From: Felis catus
Lineage: Eukaryota
Assembly: GCF_018350175.1 (NCBI RefSeq)
Contig: NC_058368.1
Coordinates: forward strand, 71,798,001 to 71,862,000
Direction of reading: 5' to 3'
DNA length: 64,000 bases
Part shown: positions 24,619 through 36,939 of the stretch, piece after piece
Position numbering within the stretch: the first letter of the stretch is position 1
Layout of the letters: each line of letters begins with the position of its first letter
The notes under the pieces: generated by a model
Told to the model about the DNA's origin: nothing
What the model saw: the letters and a program-made list of their open reading frames with translations, nothing else
The model's database searches: none
Translations under genes and position numbers: made by a program

Positions 24619-24812
24619 TGTCTTAGTCAGTCCAGCCTGCCATAACTAAATATCATAGATTAGGTGGCTCAAACAACAGGAATTTATTTTCTCTCTTTTC
24701 TGGATGCTAGAAGTCCAAGATTAAGGTGCCAGCATGGCCAGTTTCTGGTGAGAGTTCTCTTCCTGGCTTGTAGATGATGATTTTCTCTCTGTGTCTTTAT
24801 GTGGTACACACA

Positions 24813-24843
<31 letters not shown>

Positions 24844-25063
24844 TGGGGGGCAGAGAGAGAGAGAGGGAGAAAGCAAGAGTATGTACATAAGCTCTCTGGT
24901 ATCTATTATAAGGGCACTAATCACATTGACTAGGCTCCATCCTCATGATCTTATCTTAACCTAATTATCTCCCAAAGACATCATCTCCAAATATCATCAC
25001 TTGGGGGTTAGGGCTTCAACATATGAATGGGGGGCGGGGAGGCAAGCAATTGAGTCCATAGTA
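24619..25063 (-). mobile_element. MLT1A-like solo LTR containing a (CA)n microsatellite (about 24806-24843)
   Basis: 'tgtcttagtcagtccagcctgccataac ... ggggttagggcttcaacatatgaat'; TSD tcaaa/tcaac. Confidence 0.9.
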
Positions 25064-25293
25064 TCAACCTTTTTTCTTTCTCTATTCAACTTCTAGAACA
25101 TGTTGTCAGTATTCTACTTAAATCTTCTTGGAGGTTCTTATTAGTCATCTGTTAAAAGTTATTTTCTGGGTCTTCCCTTAGTTCTCCTCTAATGAAAGCC
25201 CCCATCCAGATATTCCATGACCTGGCCTTCCTCCCTATGTCTCTCTCTCCCTTTCCCATGTTACTGAGCCCTCTTAAATTCAAATTTATATAT

Positions 25294-25516
25294 ATTTTTT
25301 TAATTTTTGTTTTCAACGTTTATTTATTTTTGGGACAGAGAGAGACAGAGCATGAACGGGCGAGGGGCAGAGAGAGAGGGAGACACAGAATCGGAAACAG
25401 GCTCCAGGCTCTGAGCCATCAGCCCAGAGCCCGACGCGGGACTCGAACTCACGGACTGCAATATCGTGACCTGGCTGAAGTCGGACGCTTAACCGACTGC
25501 ACCACCCAGGCGCCCC
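25294..25516 (-). mobile_element. Young Can-SINE
   Basis: CpG-rich; TSD caaatttatatat (25281 and 25517). Confidence 0.98.
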
Positions 25517-28500
25517 CAAATTTATATATTTTTAACGTGATCACTTTGGTGTTCTGTCAGCCCTCACACTGGTCAGGATGTTGAGACATCCTGAGCAGTG
25601 TCAAGCTGGTGAGCCCACAGTGAACAAACTGGAACACTGCCAACTCTCCCTGAAAGTGAGTCCAGGTACAGTCCTTCCCAGCCAAGGTCTTCCTGGACTC
25701 TGACAAGAAGAGGGTCTATGCTGCTCTCTCTTTCAGAGATGGTGGGAGAAACCATGGCCTCAGTGCACCCTCCAGACTCTTCCAGCTTGATTGGTGTTTC
25801 TGCTCCAGAGTGGTAAGGTGGAGAGCTGATCAAATCACCACCTTCTTCCAGTTTTCTCATGCCCATGCTTTTAGCATAATAGGCACTGTGTTCTTAGGAG
25901 TAATTTCTGTGAGAATGTGTTTTGCATCACACCTTCTGTCAGGTGTGGAGATGGTGTGCTCTGCCTTCTGTCAATAGAGTTAGGAGAAGTACAGGATTAG
26001 GGTGAGACAGACATTCTCAAAGCTGTGTAAAGAATCAAGGTCACTTGCATTATTAAACCTCAAGGCATGCTGGGGGTACAGAAGGTCTCTGAACAAGGAG
26101 AAGGAATCTACTGAAAAAAGTTTTAAATGTCAACAAAGATACCTTTCAGAAAACACCTGGGAAGCCAGGTACATTTTTGGACTAATGAGGAAGGGAATGT
26201 GGCAGCCATAAGCAGTTAGGGATTAGCTCAGCCTGTCTGGGGGTAGAGCCATCTGGAGGTAGAGTGGTTTGACATAGTATCAGTCCCGAGAGATAAAGGA
26301 TAGAAAGGGAAGGCTTCTCCTGGGTGCGGTAGGGCCAGGTCTGGACTAGTGGGTGACATTGGAAGGGAACCAACATTGCTCTGTAGTGTGAAGATAGCAC
26401 AAGCTCAAAGGAGCCTGGTAGAGGGTGCAGGTGGGGGCTAAAATTCCTAGAAAGGGGTTGTTTTTATAATTTTATTCACCCACAAGGTGCCACTTTGTAA
26501 TTTTCACAAATGTGAGATAATGGTAGCAATGACTCACTGCTGTGATCTATGGATAATTAGACTATAGAACTAAAAATTATTTTGCAGTATCAACTGTGGT
26601 GCTTAGGCAAAGTTATATAATGAGATTTATTATCTGTTGTGTGGTCTTGGACAAAGACAGTGGTGTTGGACTTTAAGAAAGTAACCTAACTTTGTGCCAT
26701 GCACGTAAGGCTAATCTATGTAAAGAGGACAATGATAGCAGGTGCACAGTCAATATTAATGGAATGAACACGTGCACAAAGCCACAAATGAGTGCTGAAA
26801 ACATAACAATCCTTTTCTTTGGAATATTAAATGTGCTGATGTCTTTATCTGCTCTGCTTACTTAATTTCAAATACTAAAGTAAAATTATAGTATCACTTT
26901 TTCCCAGTGTGGGAGATAGGTCCCTGTGGTAGGGGTGCAGGTAGTCCAGGAGGCAAAAGTTGTAACAAAAATTATGTTACAGCAAGGAGCCAAATGGTTT
27001 TCAATGCTGGGTGCATCTTATAGATGGGAATGAAACATGTAAAATTCCCACTTTTCAGTTAGGAATTTATATCCTGAATTTTAGCTTAAAATAAATAAAT
27101 AAAATTGTAATGTGAATAATGCCTTGTATATTTCTGCAGTTTCCAAATGTGTTGTAACTGAACTGGAGGAATTACTGAGAACAGATGCTAACCCATACAC
27201 TATACATACCCTACAACAAGATAAATGACAGACTTCGCTCTCCTTGCCCAAAATACATTTAAATTTTCAGTAGCCTTAATTGTTGCATATTTTTTATACA
27301 ATATAATGGAAGTTTACAGAAAGATCCAATGGAAAACACTAGGTTTTGTAAAAAGCTTCAGGGTTTTTGTGTGTGACAAACTAGCCACACCCATTGCAAG
27401 TGGCTATCCAACTGGGATGTGCTTTTCATCGCATTTCTTTTAATAGAAAAATGTTATCGCCTACATATCTCACCATTATTTACATTCTAATCACCCTCTA
27501 GTGATGAATTCAGATGGAAGCATTTTTCATTAGACGGTTTGCCATGGCAACTGGAGTTGGGGAAGGCCCTTCTGCTGGCTCTGTCACTGGGCTGGTAGTG
27601 GGCCTCTCCTTCAGCTATCATTGACCTCCCGCCAGGATATTCATCTTCTGATGTGCACTTGGTGGCAAATGGGACCAGAAAACCCCTACAAATTCTCATT
27701 TGGAAAGAAGAAAAGATAGTTTGTCTCCAATCGTTAGAAGTACAATTATCTGTTGATAGACAAATACAAGGCTGGAAAAGCAGGCGTTAAGAAAAAGCTG
27801 TAAAATCTTGTTTCATCCAGTCTGAGAAAGCTAAGTGGGATATGTCACTGTTGACCCCAACTGAGCTTCCATTAGCATGGCAATTCTTAAATCACCACAT
27901 CTTTTGATCTTTGGAAAAGGGTCCTGGGTTTTCAACCAGTTGTCAGGAAATTGTTGGTAAGAAATTGTTGGTAAGAAAATCTGGCTTTGGTAACTTTGAT
28001 GGCAGCTGCAGAGAAAGAAAAGGAGGTTTTCCAGGAATTACTGGAACCAGTAGAATTTAATACCTTTTATACATATTTCAGAGAAAAATACAACTGCTGA
28101 AGAACAAATGAATGTTGAGGCAGGTTTTACATAGGTCCAAGGGCTAATATGATTTCATTCGTTACTATGCTCACTCTTAATTATTCAAGAGTGTCTATCA
28201 TGAGCTAAGTTCTAGGGAATATTAAAATAGACATTTGTGTCTTTTGATTATAGATGGTCTTGCCTATTTGCAGATATAATACTTTAGTCTTACGGAGATT
28301 TTTAACACAAGGAAGAAGGACAATAACATATTGAAAAAAAAATAAAGAAGGAACATACATATAAAAGCACAAATCTTTACATATAAAAAGTGGACAAAAT
28401 ATCCAACTGTCAAAAGCATTATGGAAGTGATAGGAGTAAGTGGAGTTAAGAAAGAGTAATATGGTAAAACTTCACGGAAAAGGTACTCTTAGAATAATTG

Positions 28501-28524
28501 GTTTTTATTTTAAATATTACAGAT

Positions 28525-28714
28525 GGGGTTGCCTGGGTGGCTCAGTGGGCTAAGTGGCTGACTCTTGACTTCGGCTCAAGGTCATGATCTCACAGTTCAT
28601 GAGTTCCAGCCCCATGTCAGGCTCTGCACTAACAGCAGGGAGCCTGCTTGTGCTTTCTCTCTCTGTCTCAAAATAAATAAACTTAAAATAAATGTAATAA
28701 TATTAAAAAAATAA
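28525..28714 (+). mobile_element. Can-SINE
   Basis: Head 'ggggttgcctgggtggctcag'; TSD tattacRgatg. Confidence 0.95.
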
Positions 28715-29205
28715 GTATTACGGATGTATAATATATACAATGTTTAAATATCACAAATATATCACAGATGAAATTAAAAGTCTTCCATATTACCACCCCT
28801 TACAATACTGTAGATTCTGCAACTTTTTAATACATATCTGATTATATATTTTCAAAAAAAAATCATAAAAATAGGACCATGGTACACATAATCCTCTTCA
28901 ATTTGCTATTCACGAAACAAAAAAATAGTATTGTGAAGTCCTAGGAGGATAACATGAGTCATTTGGAAGTGGACATATGATCAAATGGATGTGGGGCAAA
29001 GCTGGGCGAGGGAAGAGGTGCTACCGACAGGCTTGGAGTTGATTTTGCTAGAGTCAGAAGAAGGGCAGCAATCACCAGTCCTGCATGGCTAGAAGGGTTG
29101 GTTGCTCAGAGGGCAAGGCTTTATATTTATTGATTTGATCATATGTGTTAATGGTAAATTTGACTTGATTTTACATTTCAATTTGATTAAAAAGGCAAAT
29201 TGGGG

Positions 29206-29420
29206 GGGGCACCTGGGTGAGTCAGTGGGTTGAGCATCTGACTTCGGCTCAGGTCATGATCTTATGGTTTGTGAGTTTCAGCCCTGCATTGGGCTCTGTG
29301 CTGACAGCTCAGAGCCTGGAGCCTGCTTCGGATTCTGTGTCTCCCTCTGCTCCCCCCTCCCCAACTTGTGCTCGGTCTTTCTCTGTCTCTCAAAAAAATA
29401 AATAAACGTTAAAAAAAAAA
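29206..29420 (+). mobile_element. Can-SINE
   Basis: Head 'ggggcacctgggtg', CT tract, A tail. Confidence 0.96.
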
Positions 29421-30152
29421 GAGCAAATGGGAAGTATTACAGCCATGAGAAAGATAGGAGTCTTTGAGGAATATTGGAGAATATGATTCTGTTTACAAAC
29501 TGAATAAAGGAGAAGAACCGGAAGGCAAGGAAGCGGCAAGTTGGGCCACAGCATTCCAAAGAAAGCAGTGAAAAAAAGGAAGAAATACCTTGTTTTAACA
29601 AATTAAAATCCAGTGAAATTCTTTTTAAAAAAATCATCTGCTTTTTGCTGTTTATTTTTTTCTTTCTTTTTTTTCTTTTTTTTTAGTTGAATCGTGTTCT
29701 TCCGAATTCAGCTAAGATGACCCCTGACCCAGAAATGGCTCATCTCCTCTTTCCTTTCATTCTGACAGCAGTCTGGGCAGCAGCCTCTCATTTAGAGTTA
29801 CACAAAGTAACAGTATAGGTTTGTGCCTTCTTTGAAATTAATTCTTGATTTTCCTTTGAATGTTTTCTGTTGGATATGTGGTATGGAAATGGCATGAAGA
29901 AATGGCCTGATTGTTCACAGCAGTGCAATAATCTTCCTGTTTTGTTCTCAGCCTGATTCAAGATTCCGTTTTCTGTTTATCCTGATTGCAAATAAAAACA
30001 TACAATCTACACATATAGGAGGATTCTGCCAAACAGTTCTGGGGAACACCAACAAAAATCCAAGTTGCTTTTAGTTTAATTACACAGGCTTTGTAACTGA
30101 GTTAGTGAGAGAAGCATTTACTGAGTGCATCCAGAATCAAGTAGGCACGTGA

Positions 30153-30344
30153 GAGGCACCTGGGTGACTCAGTCGGTGGAGCTTCCGACTGAGCTCATGG
30201 TTTGTGAGTTTGAGCCCCACGTTGGGTCTGCTGTCACCACAGAGCCTGCTTTGGATACTCTGTCCCCCTCTCTCTCTGCCCCTCCCCTGCTCATGTGCTC
30301 ACTCTCTCTCTCTCCCAAAAATAAATTAAAAAAAAATTTAAAAA
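30153..30344 (+). mobile_element. Can-SINE with a small internal deletion
   Basis: Head 'gaggcacctgggtgactcag'; TSD taggcacgYgag. Confidence 0.95.
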
Positions 30345-30849
30345 TAGGCACGCGAGGAGAGGTAATGTAAAATATACTTTGTACAAATTACTGTTGTGAC
30401 ATGCAATTGAATGTTCACTGTAACATTCTATTTCTCGTTTTTCATACAAGATAAATTTAAAAGTTTTTTTATGTTTTCAAAAGTTATACAATACAAAACA
30501 CATGTACAAGATTTCTACTATTTATGCAAACAAAAACCCCTGCATTTTTATATTTTTTACTTTTTAAAACCTACTGAATCCAAAATTAACAAATCTAATT
30601 TTGAGGAAAGCAGTTTTCAGGTATATTATGCATTCTGGGAGAACCTGGGGAGAGAACTTTATTTTTTATCTCTGTCATCTGTGTTTCCGTATACCGTAAC
30701 TCATTAACTGACCAGTTAGTACGCATCCACTGCTGAGCTAAGTGGTCCCTGAGCATCAACTCATTTAATCTTCATATCAAACTGTCTGGGACTGATACTG
30801 CTCTGATCCCCACTTTATAGTTTGTTTTATGCAAAGCTGTGGCTCCCAC

Positions 30850-31810
30850 CAAAGAACAACCAAAAATGAAGAACTGAAAGTTTTACAGGCAATTTGGGTT
30901 TTCATGAAGCCTTCTGTTTTCCCTCTGCACAACTCTTTCCCCCATATGGCTTCCTTGGAAACAGGACTTTTGTTCTATGACCTCTGCTGGTCGCACTCTT
31001 GCTCACATCCCAGACAACCTCATTCATACTCATGGCTTCAGTTATGCTTTTGTAGATTTACATTCCCCAATTTATAGCTAGCTCCTCCCTCTCTTCCGAG
31101 TGCCAAATACACGTAGCCAACAGCTCATCCACTGCTGCATTAGATGTCTAAAGGGCATTGTCAACCAGCTGAACACTCTCCAAACTGAGTTGCTAAGACC
31201 CTCTCCAGAATCTGCTTTTCTAGTTGTCTTAGTCTGTTTGGGATGCTATAACAGAATACCATAGACAAGGTAGTTTAAGAACAACAGAAATTTATTTCTT
31301 AGTTTTGGAGGCTGGAAACCCAAAATCAAGGCACTAGCAAATGTGGTGTCTGGTGAGAGCCTGCTTCTTGTTGCATGGACAGCTGTTTTCTCACTGTGTC
31401 CTCACATGTGGAAGGGGTGAGGAAGCTATTGAGGGTCCTTTTTATAAGGGTACTTTTCCCATGTCTGAAGGTTCCACTTTCATGACCAAATTACCTCCTT
31501 GAGGCCACACCCCCTTTTGTTACTACATTGGGATGATATTCCACATATAAATTTTGGAGGGAAACATTTAGTCTTTAGCACTAGTGCCCCCGTATCAGTA
31601 AACACACCACATTCCACCAAATTCCTCCAGCAGAAACCCAAGTAGTCTTTACTTCTCCCTCTGCCATCTTTCACTTTCAACCAATTACTAAGTCCTATCA
31701 GTCCTGCCTCCAATATAGTCCAATATCTTCCAGTGTCTCCTTTTATTCCCACTGCCATCACTTTAGACCAGGCCTCCATCATCTTGTCCTGGATTATGGC
31801 CATTATTTCC
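30850..31810 (+). mobile_element. L2 fragment split by an MLT1A LTR
   Basis: 'tagatgtctaaagggcat ... ccaaactgag' and 'ccactgccatcactttagaccaggcctccatcatcttgtcctggatta'. Confidence 0.7.
31225..31580 (-). mobile_element. MLT1A-like solo LTR
   Basis: TG...CA ends with a perfect 5-bp TSD ctagt (31220 and 31581). Confidence 0.93.
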
Positions 31811-32489
31811 TCTCAAAAATCTTTGAGGTTATAAATGACACTTACTTTAAAGTCTTCTGTTTGCTTTACTGGCTCTGTTTCTTTAGGATTATGTTCTTCC
31901 CTTTCACAGGCTTACATCCCCTTTTTCACTGGTTTGGTTTTCCTCACATATCTATTGATTCCTGGCTATTTGTTACTCTTATTGAGACTGTTTTCCAGCC
32001 CACTCTGTTTATCTTAGCTAGATGCAGTGACTACAGTGGTGGTGGCAGGGTATTATTTAGATGATTTGTCCTTTGCTTTTGGGGATCCTTATTCACCCTT
32101 GGAGCTTGTAGCCACCTGGGAGTCCTGCCCTGCCCTTCCAGTCAGAGCCATGCTCATTCATTCATCTGTACTCAATGAGCAACAATGATTTGCCAGATCT
32201 TCTTCTAGACTGGTGGGATCCAGCAATTGAACAACACAAAATACACTGCTGCTGTCACCCCCCCCCCCAAAGGTTGGAGGGGGCAGGAGTAGCTGCAATT
32301 CTGTAATTATCACCCTGCAAGGTACCTAGGGCCCCTCCTACTGTTCAGATACTTGCCTCAGAGCCTGAAGTTTCTCTTGATCTCTCTTGGGCTCTGATTT
32401 TCCCTGTGAAATGTATCCTATTTGCATTTCATCTTTTAGGAATTTATTTTAAAATTTCTTCTTAAATTAGGTGCTCAGTCACCCTTCTT

Positions 32490-32780
32490 GATCTAATCCT
32501 CTGAGACGGTCTTCCAGAATCCCCTCCTGTCCTCTTCTGCTTAATCCATTCATCATCTTCAAGTGATCTTTACAGAATGTTAGGTTGATTCTTTCACTCT
32601 GTTCCTTAAAACATTTCAAAAGGGTCCTGGTGCCCTTAGAACTAAGTGCAAAATTCTTAGCATGGTCTACAGAAGCCCAGATGATCACAGCCTCTGCTTG
32701 CCTCATCTAGTACTATTTCTGCCTCCATCTCTCCAGCTAACCTACTTTCCTTAATTTCTGAAATATGCCATTGTTCCCTA
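32490..32780 (+). mobile_element. L2 fragment
   Basis: 'cactctgttccttaaaacatttcaaaaggg ... aaaattcttagcatggtctac'. Confidence 0.7.
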
Positions 32781-32782
32781 TG

Positions 32783-33076
32783 AGGAAGCTTAAGACACAT
32801 GGAGAAGCAGTGCATTGCTATTCCTGCTGACAATCTCAGCCAAGATCTCAGTCAGCATCATCCATAAGACCTGTAAGTGAATTAAGCCTTCAGGTGACTC
32901 CATCCTCCAGCCTTTGTGCCTTCCAGCTAAAGCCCCAGATATTGTGAGCCAAGATAAGCTGTCCCCACTTTGTCCTGTCTGAATTTATGACCAAAGAATC
33001 TGTGAGCATAATAGTGGTTATTTCACAGTACGAAGTTTTGGGGTCATTTGTTACACAGCCATAGCAAGTGAACACA
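32783..33076 (+). mobile_element. MaLR LTR, 3' part (MLT1F/G/H-like)
   Basis: 'ttccagctaaagccccagatattgtg ... gttttggggtcatttgttacacagccatag'. Confidence 0.8.
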
Positions 33077-33307
33077 AGAATACACAAAATGATTAGCATA
33101 GGAGTTGCCTCATCGACCTCTTTGGCACACTGGGTCCTAGCCCTTCAGATACTGAAATGTACATTAGGTTAAAGAGACCTGGAAAAGCAATGTGGCTCAG
33201 GAAAGCAACTTGGGCTCAGGTGGCCTACCTTCTTTATGCTCACCTACCACTTATACTGCTCTTAAGAGAAGACGTTTATTGTTTTGTTGCATTCCTAGAT
33301 GTACCAT

Positions 33308-33774
33308 TGTTAGGGGGTGAATTGTGTCCACAAAAAATGGTATGTTGAAGTCCTAACCCCTAAGGTACCTTGTAATGTGACCTAATTAGGAAATGGGGTA
33401 GTTATAGACGTAATTAATTAAGATGAGGTCATATGGGAGTAAGTAGGGTGGGTCCCTAATCCAATATGACCAGCACTTTTATAAGAAGATGACATGTGAT
33501 AACAGATATGAACAGAGAGAATATGATGTGAAGACACACAGGGAGGATTGGCATGTGGTTGGAGTGGCGTCTACAAGTGAAGGAATGTCAAAGATTGCTG
33601 GCAAACCCTGGGAGTTGGAAGAAGCAAAGAAAGATTCTTCCCTAAAGTCATCATAGACAGCACAGCCCTGCTGTGGATTTCTAGGCTCCAGAACTCTATG
33701 ACAATATATTTCTGTTTTTTTTACACCATAGGTTTGTGGTACTTTGTTAACAGCAGCCATAGGAAACTAACACA
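33308..33774 (+). mobile_element. MLT1B/C-like solo LTR
   Basis: 'tgttagggggtgaattgtgtcc ... ttaagatgaggtcat ... gcagccataggaaactaacaca'. Confidence 0.9.
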
Positions 33775-34429
33775 AACCTTAAGTTTGCACCAAGCTACCT
33801 CAAAGGCAGTTGGTCTCTCTTGTGCTTCTTACAAATGAGACTGTTTTTGCCTGATGGGTGACTTCACCTGACACACTAGGTAAAGTGTGTATGTGATGAA
33901 CACTTGAGGCTTCATCAATTCAGCCTGCAGCCCAATGATTTTAGCAAAGCAAAACTGTTCTTTTATTTTCTTCTCTTTCACTTTCTTCCCTTGTCTTTTT
34001 TACCTGAAATTCCCTGCTAGCAATTTCTGATATCGGATAAGTCCTCAGTAAGTGTTATTTCATTAATCCATTAATCTATCTCTTAGTTTTTTCATTTTCC
34101 TTCTTTTGCTGATGTTTTTGAACCTTTATCTTCTATGATTTCAGAAACACTTGATTTTCATTTTTAAAAACAATCTTTACTTGAACCTTCTGCTTTGTAT
34201 TTTCTCCTTGAACAGTCTTGATGACCTTGCCTCTTTCCTCACTCTCTTCTTTCTTGACTCCCTGACATTGATGCTTTTCTTTGTCATTCCCATGAGGCTA
34301 ATCTCTCCAAGGTCACAATGCTTTCTTTGTATTTGAACTCATCTCCCTTGGCCTTTGGTCTTTGGCCAGACCTTTCTATTTATAATATGTCTACTTATGC
34401 TTAGCCATTTCTCCCTTTTTGTTTCTAAA

Positions 34430-35570
34430 GAATTTTTTTTTTTTTTTTGATGAATAACACACCTATGAAAAGTGCGCATATTATAAGTGTATAGCTTGGG
34501 GAAGTTTCACAAAGTGAACATACCCTTGTAACTACCACCAAAATCAAGAAATTGAACATTCTTGGTACCCTGGGGGTTCCCTTCTCTTCTACTCCCTTCC
34601 TCTTCTCTAAAGGTAAGTAAAATCTTCATTGTAATACCACAAATTAGTTTTGCTTGTTTAAAGACTTTACGTAAATGGAATCACTTAATCATTTAATGAT
34701 CATTAAATTAATAATTTAAATATTAATGATGGTTTTTTGGCTTACGATTATGTCTTTGAGATTCAATCATATTGTCATATGCAGTACACTCATTTTCATT
34801 GTTGTATAGTATCTCTGTGTATAAATATACCAAAATGTATTTCCCTATTCTACTGTTGGTAGACACTTGGGTGGTTTTGAGTTTTGGGCTCTTATGAACA
34901 GCCTTGCTACGAACCTTCTTGAACATGTCTGTAATAATGTTATGTATCTATTTCCATAGGACCGATTTTAGGGGTGTAATTGTTGTGTCATAGGGAGAGG
35001 TTTGCCATTGATGAACGTTAACAGTTTTCCAAAGAGATTGTACCAATTTACACTTTTACCAGCAACATATGAATCGTTCAAGTGGCTCCACGTTCTTGAC
35101 AACTATTAAATTTCCGTTAAATTCTATTTAATTTCAGCTTTTCTGGCAGGTGTACTATGATATTGCATTACATTGTCCCTGGGGACTAATGAAATTAAAC
35201 TCCTTTTCATATGTTTATTGGTCATTTGAATATTCTCTTGTGAGAAGCCTATTCAACTCTTGGACAGTTTGTATTTGGCAACTTTTTTGTTAATTCCGCT
35301 TTTAATTTAAGGTTAGTACATTTTGTGTTCTGTTTAAGAAATTTTTTCATATATCAAGGCAATAAATATGATCTTCTACTTTCTTGTTTATAAACTACCA
35401 TTTTACTTTTCACAGTTAGATTTACCTGGGAAAGAACTGTCTATGTGGTATGAAGTATAGGGAATAGATACGCTTTTTCCCCATGTGGCTGTCTAACTGA
35501 CCTACACCCTTATGCTTCCACCACTACTGTTCTGCTGTGTTCTGTCATATAGCAAGTGTCCTTATACATT
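34430..35570 (-). mobile_element. Old L1 3' end (L1ME-like)
   Basis: Poly-T tail, then 'tcacaaagtgaacatacccttgtaactaccaccaaaatcaagaaa' and 'ttgtaccaatttacacttttaccagcaa'. Confidence 0.85.
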
Positions 35571-35709
35571 AGAACCCCAAAACTTCTGAATGGCTGTATT
35601 ATTGATACATCATCAACTAATCATCCTAAAAAATAAACCAACCAAACCAATAAACCTCTCACTAGATTTCACTAGATAATCTTTGACAGGGAGGCTTTCA
35701 AACAAGAGA

Positions 35710-35930
35710 CACAGAAGAAAGAGCCTGGACTTTGGGTCAGGTCATTTGTCCCAATCTTAGCTTACTGTTTTACTCATCAACGGCTTTGTGTATGTTACTT
35801 TGCTCAGCTTTTCCCATCTATAAAACAAGAAAAATAATAATGACCTCATCCAATTATGGTGATGACTAATAGTATAGTTAACAAGTTCTGGCACAGAGCT
35901 GGCTCTCCAAAAGTTGTAGTAGTTACTAGT
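35710..35930 (+). mobile_element. MIR (degraded)
   Basis: 'agagcctggactttggg ... ttcccatctataaaacaag'. Confidence 0.55.
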
Positions 35931-36939
35931 AACTGTGAAAAGTTCAGGAAGGGAGAATTTGAGAATTCATTTCCATTTCAGAAAGACCTTAGTTGTCTTT
36001 GGAACAAGGAAGCTGCTTTCATCTATTAGCTTTGTTTGGTGGTGGTGGTGGGGTCTGAACATACTCCAAGGACTATGAGTTTTTTGGCTCCTGACTGCCT
36101 TTGGCTTGAGAAAACCAACATGACTCAAAAGACAGCGTGTCTGAGACAACATATGAAAACCTTTGTTGCTACTTTCACGCCAACACCAAAGAAAACCCAC
36201 ACAAAGAACACACAAAAAACAAAACTATCACTTTGTGTTCACAGGATTTTTTTTCCTCTTGGAAGGACAAAAAGCATACTTAGATAATGTTTCTGTAATT
36301 AATTATTTATTATTAGTTTTTAATTTCCCCGAAAGAAAAGAAAGCATTGATTGATCTAAAAATAAAACAAAGCAAAATAACACTTAAAAAGCCATAGGTG
36401 AGGGCGTTTTTCTAATAGACCTTTAGCCTCTGGATTTCTATATCACTGTTTTTATAGCTCTCAATAGCTTTGACCCTTCCCAGGTGACTGGGAAGGCCTG
36501 CAACATACCATAGTGTACATATTTAAGAAATAAATTTTTTTTATACCAATTGCTGTCAGGATTATTGATACTGTACCAATTATTATGTTAGAAATCTCCT
36601 TGGAAAGCTAGAGGAAAAAAAAGTTCTTTACAGCAGGATAGGAAAACATCTTTACAGAGGGATAGAAAAACAATGCATAATCATCTTGGTTTAGGATTCC
36701 CCTACCAAGTAACTATCTAAGTTAGCAGTAAGGATGGAAACGTGCTGATTTTTGGACTCATTCTATTAAAAACTCAGAGTAAACTGATTGATTTCCCCCC
36801 TTTTTTCATAATAGGATCATCTTCTATTGCAAGATACAGCTTTTCTCCATAAAACTATGATATTATAATCATATCATCAATCAGCTTTGCAGAGACTTCT
36901 CTCTTGGGAGTATTTCTTTACTCCTCCGTACAAGTGCAC

